Of a DNA stretch of 64,000 nt, positions 20,202 through 29,598 are shown piece after piece. Each line of letters starts with the position of its first letter. Position 1 is the first letter of the stretch. Origin of the DNA: Candidatus Bathyarchaeota archaeon (lineage in GTDB: Archaea > Thermoproteota > Bathyarchaeia > Bathyarchaeales > Bathycorpusculaceae); NCBI GenBank assembly GCA_963806535.1, contig CAWDYC010000011.1:96001-160000 (forward strand), written 5' to 3'. Both the position numbers and the translations under genes were made by a program. A model generated the notes under the pieces. The model was given only the letters and a program-made list of their open reading frames with translations, had not been told where the DNA came from and ran no database searches.

Positions 20202-21479
20202 TTGATGAATCGACCTGATATTAGACGGCTGCCGAAACGTTCGGATCCCCAAGAAGCACAAGCTAGGCTGCTGGATGCAGTTAAATCAAAAAAATTATCA
20301 ACCGAAAAAATCAACTTGGCCAAAGCTTTGGGCAGAACCTTAGCCAAAGATGTCACTTCAGACATTAACATCCCCGCCTACGATAAAACATTCATCGACG
20401 GCTACGCAATCAACCCAAAAGAAACCTTTGGCGCCTCACCCGCAAAACCTGCCGCTTTCAAAGTTGTTGGCAAACTATTCCCATCCGACTACCCAACTAC
20501 GGCTGAAGCAAGAAGCGGGGAAGCAATCTACGTTGCATGTGGAGCTCCCACCCCAAAAGGTGCAAAATCAACCGTTAAAGTGGAAGAAACCCGTTTAAAG
20601 GGCGACAAAATCGAAATTGTCCGAGAAATCAAGTCGGGTGAGGGTATTATACCGCTTGGAGATGACGTAAAACAGGGAGCACTGTTGCTAAAGCAGGGAC
20701 AGGTTCTGCGACCGCAAGATATCGGGCTACTCGCATCAATTGGACTGATGGATGCTGAAGTTTACAAAAAGCCAACTCTTGTAGTTCTGAGTGGCGGAGA
20801 CGAACTGATCAAACAATGCGAAAAAGATCCATCCAAAATCGCAAATAACTACGCGTTGGTAGTTGTGGGATTGGCGTCTGAATTAGGAGCAACAGCCAAG
20901 GTGCAGGGGATTATGCCTGATAAACTGGAGCAGGTGCAAGCCAAAATCGGCGAAGCCCTAGCAGACGCAGACATTGTTGTAACTATCGGCGGCACATCGG
21001 TGGGAATGAAAGATTTTGTTCCAGACGCCATTAACTCGCTTGGTGAACCTGGGGTTGTTGTTCAGGGGATTTCGTTGAGACCCGGGGCGGTCTCAGGTTT
21101 CGGCATGTTGGGTGGCAAGCCTGTTGTGATGTTGCCAGGTCATATCGGCTCGTGTATTGCAGGTTTTTACCTTTTTGCAGCCCCGTTAATCCGTGTTTAC
21201 AGCGGCTTAGAAAGAAATGGTTTGCAACCATTGTTAAAAGCTGAGCTTTCAGAAGCGGTTGATTCGGGTCCACAATTCAGGTTTCTACTACTTCATTTAA
21301 AGCAGATTGGAAACATACTTCTGGCTGAGCAGGTTGAAGGCGGGTCAAGTGCCCTCACAACGATAGTCAAATCAAATGGGTACTCAATCATTCCGCCTCA
21401 TACGAATTTACCAAAAGGCTCTTGCGTAGATGTTTACTTGTTTGGAAAACTGGAACTTTCACAAATTTCTCAGGCTTGA
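20202..21479 (+). CDS. moeA: Molybdopterin molybdotransferase MoeA
   Basis: ALGRTLA, DGYAI, GAPTPKG, GGDEL, GGTSVGMKDFV, MLPG. Confidence 0.9.
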   Translation: MMNRPDIRRLPKRSDPQEAQARLLDAVKSKKLSTEKINLAKALGRTLAKDVTSDINIPAYDKTFIDGYAINPKETFGASPAKPAAFKVVGKLFPSDYPTTAEARSGEAIYVACGAPTPKGAKSTVKVEETRLKGDKIEIVREIKSGEGIIPLGDDVKQGALLLKQGQVLRPQDIGLLASIGLMDAEVYKKPTLVVLSGGDELIKQCEKDPSKIANNYALVVVGLASELGATAKVQGIMPDKLEQVQAKIGEALADADIVVTIGGTSVGMKDFVPDAINSLGEPGVVVQGISLRPGAVSGFGMLGGKPVVMLPGHIGSCIAGFYLFAAPLIRVYSGLERNGLQPLLKAELSEAVDSGPQFRFLLLHLKQIGNILLAEQVEGGSSALTTIVKSNGYSIIPPHTNLPKGSCVDVYLFGKLELSQISQA

Positions 21480-22567
21480 CGCACTTTAGATGGGTACCTG
21501 TGAGCGTGACTGTGTTTTCCCATTACCCATGATTCGCACCATGCTTTGTCAGCCTGTGCTCGCTCTGCCAACAACCAGCAACGGTTTTCCTCGAAAATTC
21601 CAGTCTCAATGCGATAGTTGTTTGCGGCTCTCAGGAAAGCTTCTTTGCCTTCAAAATCCCGCTCAACAGCCGCCTTTGGCTCAAGCTCTCGCTGCGAGAG
21701 TTTCAATAAGGCTTCACCTTGATTTTCCCCGCTCAATGCTCCCCAAAAGAATGCGTTCGAAAACTCAAAGTTGGACGCAAGAGCAGCAAAAGTACTCTGA
21801 GCTTCCGAAAACCTGTTTTCCTGGATCATTTTAGTGCCCACTCGAAGTCGCTGCAAATCAGAAACAGAGAAAACCCCCAAGTTTACCCTGAGGTTTTCTG
21901 TAACTGCTCCTTGTGCTCGGCGTGTTTGTAGTCGACTGAGGTCTTCTCTAAAATTTATGTTGATGAAGCTTTTGAGTTCTGGGTCCAGTGTTTTTATGTC
22001 GTTAATTGGAGAAACAAAAAGGATTTTTGATGCGCCTCTTGGAATGTCGTCGGAGCGTGGTCGCTTCAACTTGCAAAGTGTTTCCGCAATTTCTAAGTTG
22101 CTTTTCCTTTTTAGCACCATTAGAAGGGTTTCAAGCCTGCCATTTGGCCACATTGGAACAGCCACTTCAACATCCGCCGCCTCCTTGAACAGATATTCAG
22201 CGACAGATGACTTTAGAAAAGGCATATCACAAGGTAAAGTAAGGCAAAAATCAGCTTTTAGCGCACTCAATCCTGACATAATTGCCACATTAGGACCATT
22301 GATGCCGCCGATTTCTTCGTCCACTACTATCTGAAAGTTTGTTTTGGAATGTTTGTTTAGAATCTGCTCGTATTTTTCTTTTCGTTCCTCATCATTTACT
22401 GATACAGCAATTTCATCAACTATATCTTCAACATTTTCGATCGCGAGAATCAAAAGGGGCTTTCCTGAAAGCTCTGCGAGGGCTTTATCCTGCCAGACTT
22501 TATCGATAGATTGAAATCTTCGGGCTTTTCCACCTGCCAAAATCAATGCAGCCCGTTTAGCCATCAA
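21470..22567 (-). CDS. mobA: Molybdenum cofactor guanylyltransferase with C-terminal helical extension
   Basis: LILAGGKARRF, DKAL, LPCDMPF, FININFREDL, then ~150 extra residues. Confidence 0.85.
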   Translation of the reverse strand: MMAKRAALILAGGKARRFQSIDKVWQDKALAELSGKPLLILAIENVEDIVDEIAVSVNDEERKEKYEQILNKHSKTNFQIVVDEEIGGINGPNVAIMSGLSALKADFCLTLPCDMPFLKSSVAEYLFKEAADVEVAVPMWPNGRLETLLMVLKRKSNLEIAETLCKLKRPRSDDIPRGASKILFVSPINDIKTLDPELKSFININFREDLSRLQTRRAQGAVTENLRVNLGVFSVSDLQRLRVGTKMIQENRFSEAQSTFAALASNFEFSNAFFWGALSGENQGEALLKLSQRELEPKAAVERDFEGKEAFLRAANNYRIETGIFEENRCWLLAERAQADKAWCESWVMGKHSHAHRYPSKVRQA

Positions 22568-22577
22568 AACTCCTCAT

Positions 22578-23141
22578 TTAAGCCGTTTTGTTTTGTGTTA
22601 AATGTTTTTTGACTAGTTCCACAAGTTTTTGCCCATCTTCTGGCACCTTGATTATTGGTATGTTGCCATAGGCTGGGTTAATTGAGTTTTGGGCAACAAT
22701 GCCGGCAATCGCTAATATGGGTTCAACCGTGCCTTCCAAAGTCCGTTTAAGACCATTTTCGTCTACTGCGGTAATAATTTTCGGAACATCTGTTCTTTTA
22801 GCGATTAAACGATGAAAACCTTCAAAGAAAACAATATCCAAATCCTCATCCTCAATCAGCGCAGTCATTTGGTCCAAACTTTCCAGAGACATTTCAGTTT
22901 TCTTTATTATAGCGACTTCTTCAGGAGAAATGGCTACGATTACTTTGGCACCAGCCTTCGCGTATCTCCAAGTGTTCGTACCCTCCTTATCCATCGTAAA
23001 GCCTTTGTGGTGGACATGTTTTATTGAACCGATTTTGTAACCTTGAGCTGAAAGCTGAGAAACTAAGTATTCTAAGGTAACTGTCTTTCCTGAACCGCTA
23101 ATGCCGACAGCGGCAACAACTAAAACCATATTGGGTCTCAC
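22578..23141 (-). CDS. mobB: Molybdopterin-guanine dinucleotide biosynthesis protein B
   Basis: GISGSGKT P-loop, IKHVHH, DKEGTNTWR, FEGF. Confidence 0.92.
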   Translation of the reverse strand: MRPNMVLVVAAVGISGSGKTVTLEYLVSQLSAQGYKIGSIKHVHHKGFTMDKEGTNTWRYAKAGAKVIVAISPEEVAIIKKTEMSLESLDQMTALIEDEDLDIVFFEGFHRLIAKRTDVPKIITAVDENGLKRTLEGTVEPILAIAGIVAQNSINPAYGNIPIIKVPEDGQKLVELVKKHLTQNKTA

Positions 23142-23372
23142 TCTTGCTTGAAGATTAATTGCTTCGTTTTTATAAATTTCGCCTTGATTTTTCTAATATA
23201 TCTTGAAAACATCTATTTTTAAGGGGTTATCGAGAGGTTCGGCTATTAATTTTATTTCCGCTAAGAACATGAAGTTGATCTTAGTCTCTTAGTCCTCAGA
23301 TGGGTAGAAATCTCAATTTTGGTATAGTTTTAAATCAAACTCTGCTTATCCATAGCTATCAAAATAATATCA

Positions 23373-24686
23373 GTGGCTCAGATGGCTCAAAAATTATCAA
23401 AACTCCGTTTTAACCGAAGAATAAAAGCGTTAGTAGCTTTTTCAATTATCGCTGTTTTGTTGTTTTCATTTTTTGCTTTTCTGCCAGGTCAAATGTCAAG
23501 CTTATCGCAATGGTTTGGCAGCATCGGTAAAGGATCAGATTCTAATAGAAATTCTGGACTAATTAAATCTGGTCAACCTGTTAATTCAACTGTGTGGTTT
23601 GGAGTTGCTGGGAATGCTTGGGCGTATTTTCAACCTAATGTAGGTGTTGATGCTAAAACAGGTCTTCCTTACGCTGGAGCCACATATTTTAAAGCTCTTA
23701 CCGATTGGGACTTAGGCGTTTATATCCAAGCCGTAATTGACGCTCAGAAAATAGGCTTGATAACGACCGATGGCACTTGGGGTTCTTACGCAAGATTGAA
23801 CAAGGCTTTAAATTATTTAGAAAATCGACCGCTTAATGATACTACCCATTATCCTTTCTGGTTCTACGACGCAACAAATGGAAAAAACTACAATTCATTG
23901 TCCGACAAGGCAACAGAGAAAGTTGACGTGGTTGATACTGGACGATTATTTGTTGCCCTTAACAATCTTAAAACATACAACCCAAGCTGGGCTCAAAGGA
24001 TAAACAACTTCGTTTACAATATAAATGGTAACAGATCAGATTACGCCGCCATAATTCCTGGCCTTGAAAGTGACGCGAACTCAAATAGTATTTATGGCTA
24101 CTATTTTGATAGCGGTTACGCAAATTTTTGGCCTCAACAACTCGGTAACGTTCCAGCTAGCATAATAAACAATATATCTAACTCATCTACAATCACAACT
24201 TATGGCAACGTTTCACTGCCTCAGGCTCCTCTTGCATGTGAGCCACTGCTGTGCTCAATTTTCGAGGTAAACAATACTAATTCCGAATTGATGACGCTGG
24301 CGAACCAGGTTTATCTTGCCCATGAAGCCTACTATAACACGAAAGGTCAATACGTAGCTTTTAGCGAAGGAAACGGCTTTTCAAGCCAGTATCTGTGGGA
24401 ATGGGTAGTTGGGCCTAATGGCACTCCATGGGAAATAACTACGTCTGGAGGCGCACAATATTCGGGCAATGCCATTATTTACAGTAAAATAGCTTTCAGT
24501 TTCTTAGCCCTTTACAATGCAACATACGCTCAAAACACAATAGTCTACCTTGAAAAATATCTTCCCGCTCCTTCAAACGGCTACTCCGACGGCGTTGATA
24601 CTGCTGGCCAAGTAGTTCCAGGGTCTGGCAGCAACACAAACGGTATGATTTTGGACGCAGCTTTGTACGCATTACAGAATAAATAG
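23373..24686 (+). CDS. Secreted DUF3131-like (alpha/alpha-barrel glycoside-hydrolase-like) protein
   Basis: N-terminal TM/signal; AWAYF...TGLP, TDWDLGVYI, DTGRL, AFSEG, NTNGMIL. Confidence 0.65.
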   Translation: MAQMAQKLSKLRFNRRIKALVAFSIIAVLLFSFFAFLPGQMSSLSQWFGSIGKGSDSNRNSGLIKSGQPVNSTVWFGVAGNAWAYFQPNVGVDAKTGLPYAGATYFKALTDWDLGVYIQAVIDAQKIGLITTDGTWGSYARLNKALNYLENRPLNDTTHYPFWFYDATNGKNYNSLSDKATEKVDVVDTGRLFVALNNLKTYNPSWAQRINNFVYNINGNRSDYAAIIPGLESDANSNSIYGYYFDSGYANFWPQQLGNVPASIINNISNSSTITTYGNVSLPQAPLACEPLLCSIFEVNNTNSELMTLANQVYLAHEAYYNTKGQYVAFSEGNGFSSQYLWEWVVGPNGTPWEITTSGGAQYSGNAIIYSKIAFSFLALYNATYAQNTIVYLEKYLPAPSNGYSDGVDTAGQVVPGSGSNTNGMILDAALYALQNK

Positions 24687-24786
24687 CGCTAATATACCAA
24701 TAATTACGGTAAATGCGGAAATAGAATTGGCAACATTGACAAAGAAGCAACCAAAAAACCCAACCGAATCTCTTAAAAGATATTCA

Positions 24787-25269
24787 TTAGCAAAATCTGC
24801 CATCGTCTTTAGTGCTTTTAAGTTTGCTTATTTTGTCGTTGAACCAGCCTATTTTTGTGGTCCTTCGGTAGTCAAATTGCGGAACATAGGGCTTAATGTC
24901 TAAAAGTGGTGTTCCATCTAAAATATCTAAGTCCTGGACATGCAGGATGTTGTTTTCGACCTTTGTAAGGCATACTGTAGAGATGCCGATTTTATTGGGT
25001 CTAGCAGGTGAGTGTGTGGCGAAAACCCCATGGAGTTTTTCATCGAGGAATGGTTTCACCAGTAAGTAACCGTCTTTTACTAGGTGAAAATGGTAAAGCA
25101 AAATAATGTGGGAAAAACCTTCTATGTCTCGCAAGCCCTCTGCGTATTCAGGGTAAATTTCCAAGGTACCTTTGATACCTTTTGATGCTGCTGCTTGGAT
25201 TGGAACATTTTGTGGTTCCTTAAACGGCGAATGTATTACGCCAATGGATTTGTAAGTTATTACGCTCAA
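24787..25269 (-). CDS. tsaA: TsaA/TrmO (YaeB) family SAM-binding tRNA methyltransferase
   Basis: IGVIHSPF, GFSHI, GVFATHSPARPNKIG, LDGTPLLDIKPY. Confidence 0.9.
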   Translation of the reverse strand: MSVITYKSIGVIHSPFKEPQNVPIQAAASKGIKGTLEIYPEYAEGLRDIEGFSHIILLYHFHLVKDGYLLVKPFLDEKLHGVFATHSPARPNKIGISTVCLTKVENNILHVQDLDILDGTPLLDIKPYVPQFDYRRTTKIGWFNDKISKLKSTKDDGRFC

Positions 25270-25476
25270 CTATACATTGCTCCCTCGAAATGGTTATTGA
25301 ATTATTCAAGGTCATTTAAAACAAAATAAGGAATTGTAATTTAAGATTCTGATGTCGGTTCAAAAAAATATGGGTTTCCGTTTCTCAACCCTATATGTAT
25401 GATACTTTTTCATTGTGAATAGGATCTTTATTTTTTTTGCAAATCGTAATTGAAATAAAATGCTCAGTTTCGTTTT

Positions 25477-25578
25477 TCACCGGACTTCGATAAGTGAAAT
25501 GCCTTTGACCCAATCGTGAGGCGCAATTTGGTCGCCCATGACTAGTCGAACTGGCCCTTCGCCTCCCGACGATAGACC
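25477..25578 (-). pseudogene. 3' remnant of a molybdopterin-binding oxidoreductase-like gene
   Basis: Translates as GLSSGGEGPVRLVMGDQIAPHDWVKGISLIEVR*, resembling the GPxRLV...WVKxxxxIEV C-terminus of Oxidored_molyb-type domains; no upstream coding part. Confidence 0.55.
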
Positions 25579-25651
25579 AGCACCTCACCATACCAACATG
25601 ATGAGCGCATACCCGCCGTAAAATCCTCTCTGAAAATTAAAGCCCAAATTA
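25579..25651 (+). repeat. Diverged 73-bp copy of an internal fdhD segment (19738-19810)
   Basis: 65/73 identical by manual alignment; STSPYQHDERIPAVKSSLKIKAQI vs STSPYQHDERIPVVKSCLKIKAQI. Confidence 0.9.
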
Positions 25652-25928
25652 GGCGTCATTAGAGCTATGTCCATGGTTGTCCTTTTTGAGAAGTTTTTCT
25701 GCAATAATATTTCTGGTCTCATCGAAACCAAGATGTTAAAATTGTGTATTATAAAGAAATAAATGTTAAGGTAAAGTTCGTTCTAATTCAACAAGAAATA
25801 AACCCTTCATCGTCCGAAATGAGTAAAAACTATTTAACTTTTCAATTCTACGGTGAATATTATTAGAAAAGTTGAGTATATCGTAATTCAAACGCCTCTA
25901 TTCTTAAATTTAATGAGATAAAAAACCA

Positions 25929-27032
25929 TTAATTGCCGTCGTCAGCAAAAATGTTTAGTGAATCCGCGTTGAAACAAACATGCACATGGTCTCCCACCAT
26001 GAGGCCTAAGTTTTTAATAACGCTTAAAGAAATCCTAGTTTTTAATATAAACCCCACGTCTACCGTAACCTGCGCATTTGACCTCATCTGAACCATTTCT
26101 ATAACGACACCTTCGATGAAGTTGACTCCGTTTTCTTGGATATCGATATCGTCGGATTTTGTAAGTTTCACGTTTTCGGGCTTGATGGTTGCAATAACAT
26201 TTTTTCCCAATAGATTGGGCGTTGATTGTGATAATAGTATCGAGCCGTTTGCTTCAATTTCCAACAACCCCCCGCGGGTTTTGGTAGCCTTGCCCTTAAA
26301 TGAGTTAACTCCAAGAAAATTCGCAACGTACCCTGAATTTGGTTTATCAAAAAGGTCTGCTCCGCTACCTATTTGTTGAATGCTTCCATTTCCCATAACA
26401 GCTATTCTATCCGACATTATGAAAGCTTCGGACAAATTATGCGTAACATAAACAACAGTAATTTTAAGCGACTGCAAATAATTTTTAAGTTCCAACCGAA
26501 AAGATTCACGAAGCTGGGGATCAACTGCCGAAACAGGTTCATCTAAAAGCAAGATTTGCGGTTCAGTAGCTAAAGATCTTGCCAACGCAATACGTTGCTT
26601 TTGTCCGCCGCTAAGCTGGCTTGGATAAAACCTTGCGTATTCCCGAAGACCTACAAAATCAAGCAGGTCACTGGTTCTTTTTTTAACTTCTTGTCTAGGT
26701 AAATGCAGTGCTTTTAGTCCGTATGCTACGTTGTCTTTAACTCGCATATGAGGAAAAAGAGATACCGTTTGGAAGACATAGCCAACTTTGCGGTCTGAAG
26801 GTTTAAGATAAACTTTTTTTGTGCCCGCCCTTCCGCTGACTAAGACATCATTAATGTAAATATTGCCCTCGTCTTGTCTTGTTAGACCTGAGAGTATGTT
26901 TAACAGCGTTGTTTTTCCACAGCCATTTGGACCTAGCAGAGACAAGATTTCCTCCTCTTTGACTTCAAGACTGAGTTTTCCCAAAACTTTTTTTTCGCCA
27001 AAGGATTTTGAAATTGAATCAATCTTGATCAT
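25929..27032 (-). CDS. modC: Molybdate/tungstate ABC transporter ATP-binding subunit with TOBE domains
   Basis: GPNGCGKT, LSGGQKQR, LLLDEP, C-terminal TOBE-like region; follows modB. Confidence 0.88.
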   Translation of the reverse strand: MIKIDSISKSFGEKKVLGKLSLEVKEEEILSLLGPNGCGKTTLLNILSGLTRQDEGNIYINDVLVSGRAGTKKVYLKPSDRKVGYVFQTVSLFPHMRVKDNVAYGLKALHLPRQEVKKRTSDLLDFVGLREYARFYPSQLSGGQKQRIALARSLATEPQILLLDEPVSAVDPQLRESFRLELKNYLQSLKITVVYVTHNLSEAFIMSDRIAVMGNGSIQQIGSGADLFDKPNSGYVANFLGVNSFKGKATKTRGGLLEIEANGSILLSQSTPNLLGKNVIATIKPENVKLTKSDDIDIQENGVNFIEGVVIEMVQMRSNAQVTVDVGFILKTRISLSVIKNLGLMVGDHVHVCFNADSLNIFADDGN

Positions 27033-27847
27033 TTTTTAGCTCCGAACCTTTTCTGTTCAAGAAGTTTGATGGTGATAAGGACTGCGAATGCAATGGCTAT
27101 TAAGATAATGGATAACATGACCCCCGCCAATGGATCAGAATATAGGAACACATAGATTGCAAGTGGCATTGTCTGAGTTATGCCTGGTAAGTTTCCTGCA
27201 AACATTAAGGTTGCCCCAAACTCACCCAAAGCTCTTGCCCACGTCATCATTGACCCAGTAACAATAGCCCGTATCGATAGTGGGAAGGTGATGGTGAAAA
27301 ATACTCTGACGCGGCTATCCGTTAACATTTTGGCGCTGTTTATGATGTCCTTATCCATACTTTCAAAACCAGTTTTTGCTGACCGTAAAAGAAATGGAGA
27401 CGCCACAAAGGTTTCAGCAATAATAACGGCGATGGTGTAGCCTGGAATAGTTAAGCCCAAACTGTTCAAAATCGGACCTAATAGTCCTTTTGGAGCAAAG
27501 GCGTAGAGCAAGGCTACACCGGCAACTGCAGGCGGCAGAACGATAGGTAAATCTATTATCGTATCAATAACTGATTTGCCGGGAAATTTTCTTGTTGCCA
27601 TAAAATAAGCGGTTGGAACTGCTAGGACGAATGCAATGAAAGTAGCAACAGCGGATGTGTATAAACTAAGTTTTATGGTGTTTATGATTTGGGTATTATG
27701 TAGTTGAGTGTTAACTTGACTTGGGTTGATTCTTAAGAAAATTGCTGCTATAGGCAGCGCTACAAAAAGAAAGTATGTTAATACTATAAGACCCAGAATA
27801 ACGATTATTATTTTATTTGAAAGCGTGTTAGTAATGTTGTGTTTCAT
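27029..27847 (-). CDS. modB: Molybdate/tungstate ABC transporter permease
   Basis: DLPIVLPPAVAGVALL, WARALGEFGATLMFAGNLPG. Confidence 0.92.
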   Translation of the reverse strand: MKHNITNTLSNKIIIVILGLIVLTYFLFVALPIAAIFLRINPSQVNTQLHNTQIINTIKLSLYTSAVATFIAFVLAVPTAYFMATRKFPGKSVIDTIIDLPIVLPPAVAGVALLYAFAPKGLLGPILNSLGLTIPGYTIAVIIAETFVASPFLLRSAKTGFESMDKDIINSAKMLTDSRVRVFFTITFPLSIRAIVTGSMMTWARALGEFGATLMFAGNLPGITQTMPLAIYVFLYSDPLAGVMLSIILIAIAFAVLITIKLLEQKRFGAKK

Positions 27848-27904
27848 TGCTGCACCGATTGGTTAATTTAAAAAGGGGTGAGGAAGTGCTTAATATATGC
27901 ACTT

Positions 27905-28918
27905 TTAGGAATTAAAACCATAATAGGTCAGTAACGCTTGTCCATCAGTTGAGCTCCAGAAATCCATGAATTTTTGCGCTAATGCAGATTGGCTGGTTGT
28001 TCCTATGACGGCTATGCCGTAAGTGCCTTTTGTGTTTACTGCGGCAGGTATAGGAATGAATTGGACTTGGGACCCTGACAGTTGACCGTAAACTGCGTCT
28101 GAAACAAACACTATGCCTGCGTCTGCCGTTCCGACGTTGAGTGAAACTTTTCCTACTACGTTTTCGACAGTCAATTCATACGAGACGACATTTTGATGAA
28201 CGGTGTAGTTATAGTTGACGTAAGCTCCAGAAGCGACGTATAGCGGGCTACTTGCGTTGCCCCAGGTTGAATCAATTTTCCAGAGGTTGTGTTTGCATAT
28301 GAGCCTGAAGGTATCGATGGGTCTGGTAATACCAATTTTACCCCAGGTTTTGCTAAGTCTGCAAGGGATGTTATGCCTTTCGGATTGCCTTGTGCTATTA
28401 TCATTTCTAAGCTGTTTGTGGTGAAATTGACATAATTATTGTTGTATAGGAGTGCTGAGTTGTTTAGTTGCTTTGTCCATTTGGTGTCGGCGGACATGAA
28501 GACGTCGCATGGTGAACCAGATGTGATTTGTGTATATAGTGTACTTGAGGAGCTAGGAGTTTACTATGATGTTGCAGTTGTTTGCTTGATTAAATGCTTG
28601 GGTCATGTTAGCGACGACGTTAGTTAAACTTGATGCTATGAAAACTCGTAGGTCTACAGGTTGAGGGGTGGCGGATGGGGTTGGTGAGGCAGTGGGCGTC
28701 GCCGTCGGTGAATGGGTTGGTGTGGGTGAGGCTGTTGACGTTGGAGTTGGAGATGATGTCGGCGATACAGTTACTGTTGGGGTTGGAGTTGGCGTTGGCG
28801 AGGGATTGCTGTTGGAAGAGAATGCGCCGCTATATGCTAAATAGCCTAATGCTGAAGCTACTACTATTATGACTACCAATACTATGGCTATGAGTTTGTT
28901 GTTCATATTACTCATCAC
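27905..28918 (-). CDS. modA: Molybdate-binding protein with Pro/Thr stalk; two apparent frameshifts (~28556, ~28285)
   Basis: TM anchor, PTPT linker, VFIASSL, then shifted frames [32 protein letters not shown], and [11 protein letters not shown]. Confidence 0.85.
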
Positions 28919-28941
28919 GATGTTATCATTTAGTCATATCG
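28918..28941. promoter_or_regulatory. Candidate ModE box immediately upstream of modA
   Basis: CGATGTT-N10-CATATCG imperfect dyad with ModE-type spacing. Confidence 0.45.
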
Positions 28942-29045
28942 ATAAAATGTTGCCATATAAACATTTCTCAACAAAAGAATTGACAACAAAAAATTAAAAG
29001 CACAAAAAAGATCAGATGTCAACTAGCCCAAAATAATGATTAAAC

Positions 29046-29377
29046 TTAAGGCATTTTTCCCAATACAGCTTCTAGCTCTGCTTGAGCATTCCGATAACGC
29101 TGTAACCAAATTTTTTCCAAAATCAGTAACTTCAGAAGACCCACCGCCTTTTGCACCTCCCCGAACACGTGTAACCAAGCGATTGACCTAACCGCTCTTC
29201 TGCCAATGTAAGTCTATGCAGAGCATATCGATAGGACATGTCTAATTGTTTGGCGGCTTCCAAGATGGAATGCTGTTTGCATATTTCTTCGAGGAGTTCT
29301 GCTAAGCCATTGCCGAAAACTGCTTCACCTTTTTCGTTGACCATCCAAAGTTTGGTTTCAAAGCATAGGGGGGACAT
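29046..29377 (-). CDS. modE: ModE-family winged-HTH regulator (DNA-binding domain only); two apparent frameshifts
   Basis: VFGNGLAELL, SILEAAKQLDMSYRYA, shifted frame LVTRVRGGAKGGGSSEVTDFG, then RYRNAQAELEAVLGKMP*. Confidence 0.8.
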
Positions 29378-29480
29378 AGTTTTTCACTTAATGTAAGTTG
29401 GCGCAATGAGAATTAAGCTTAATGCTTGCTTGAGACTCTGGTTTTTCTTGTGTGCCGTTTCTAATGCGTACGCATGAAGT

Positions 29481-29504
29481 CGTTATGTTTGGATAATCAT
29501 AACG
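29481..29504. promoter_or_regulatory. Candidate ModE box between divergent modE and nfnA/sudB
   Basis: Perfect dyad CGTTATG-N10-CATAACG. Confidence 0.6.
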
Positions 29505-29598
29505 CTTTTATAGTATATATTGTATATACTGACTATACTGGTATTTATTGTATATTGCAATGGGAGAACGTGAAAATGCCTCAAACCCCGAATAAACA

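Noticed and set aside
25519-25556. tRNA-like 3' end on the minus strand (GTTCGACT...GCGACCA), possible att site or tRNA-Sec fragment
   Set aside because: No T-stem pairing; better explained as coding remnant GPVRLVMGDQ
25579-25651. DGR template/variable repeat pair or CRISPR-like spacer with fdhD
   Set aside because: Mismatches are mostly synonymous C/T third-position changes, not adenine-specific; no reverse transcriptase or repeat array in the window
28550-28560. In-frame TAG in modA suggesting pyrrolysine
   Set aside because: ModA similarity resumes in a different frame, so this is a frameshift rather than readthrough
28670-28810. GTTGG-rich quasi-repeats
   Set aside because: Encodes the Pro/Thr/Ser stalk of ModA
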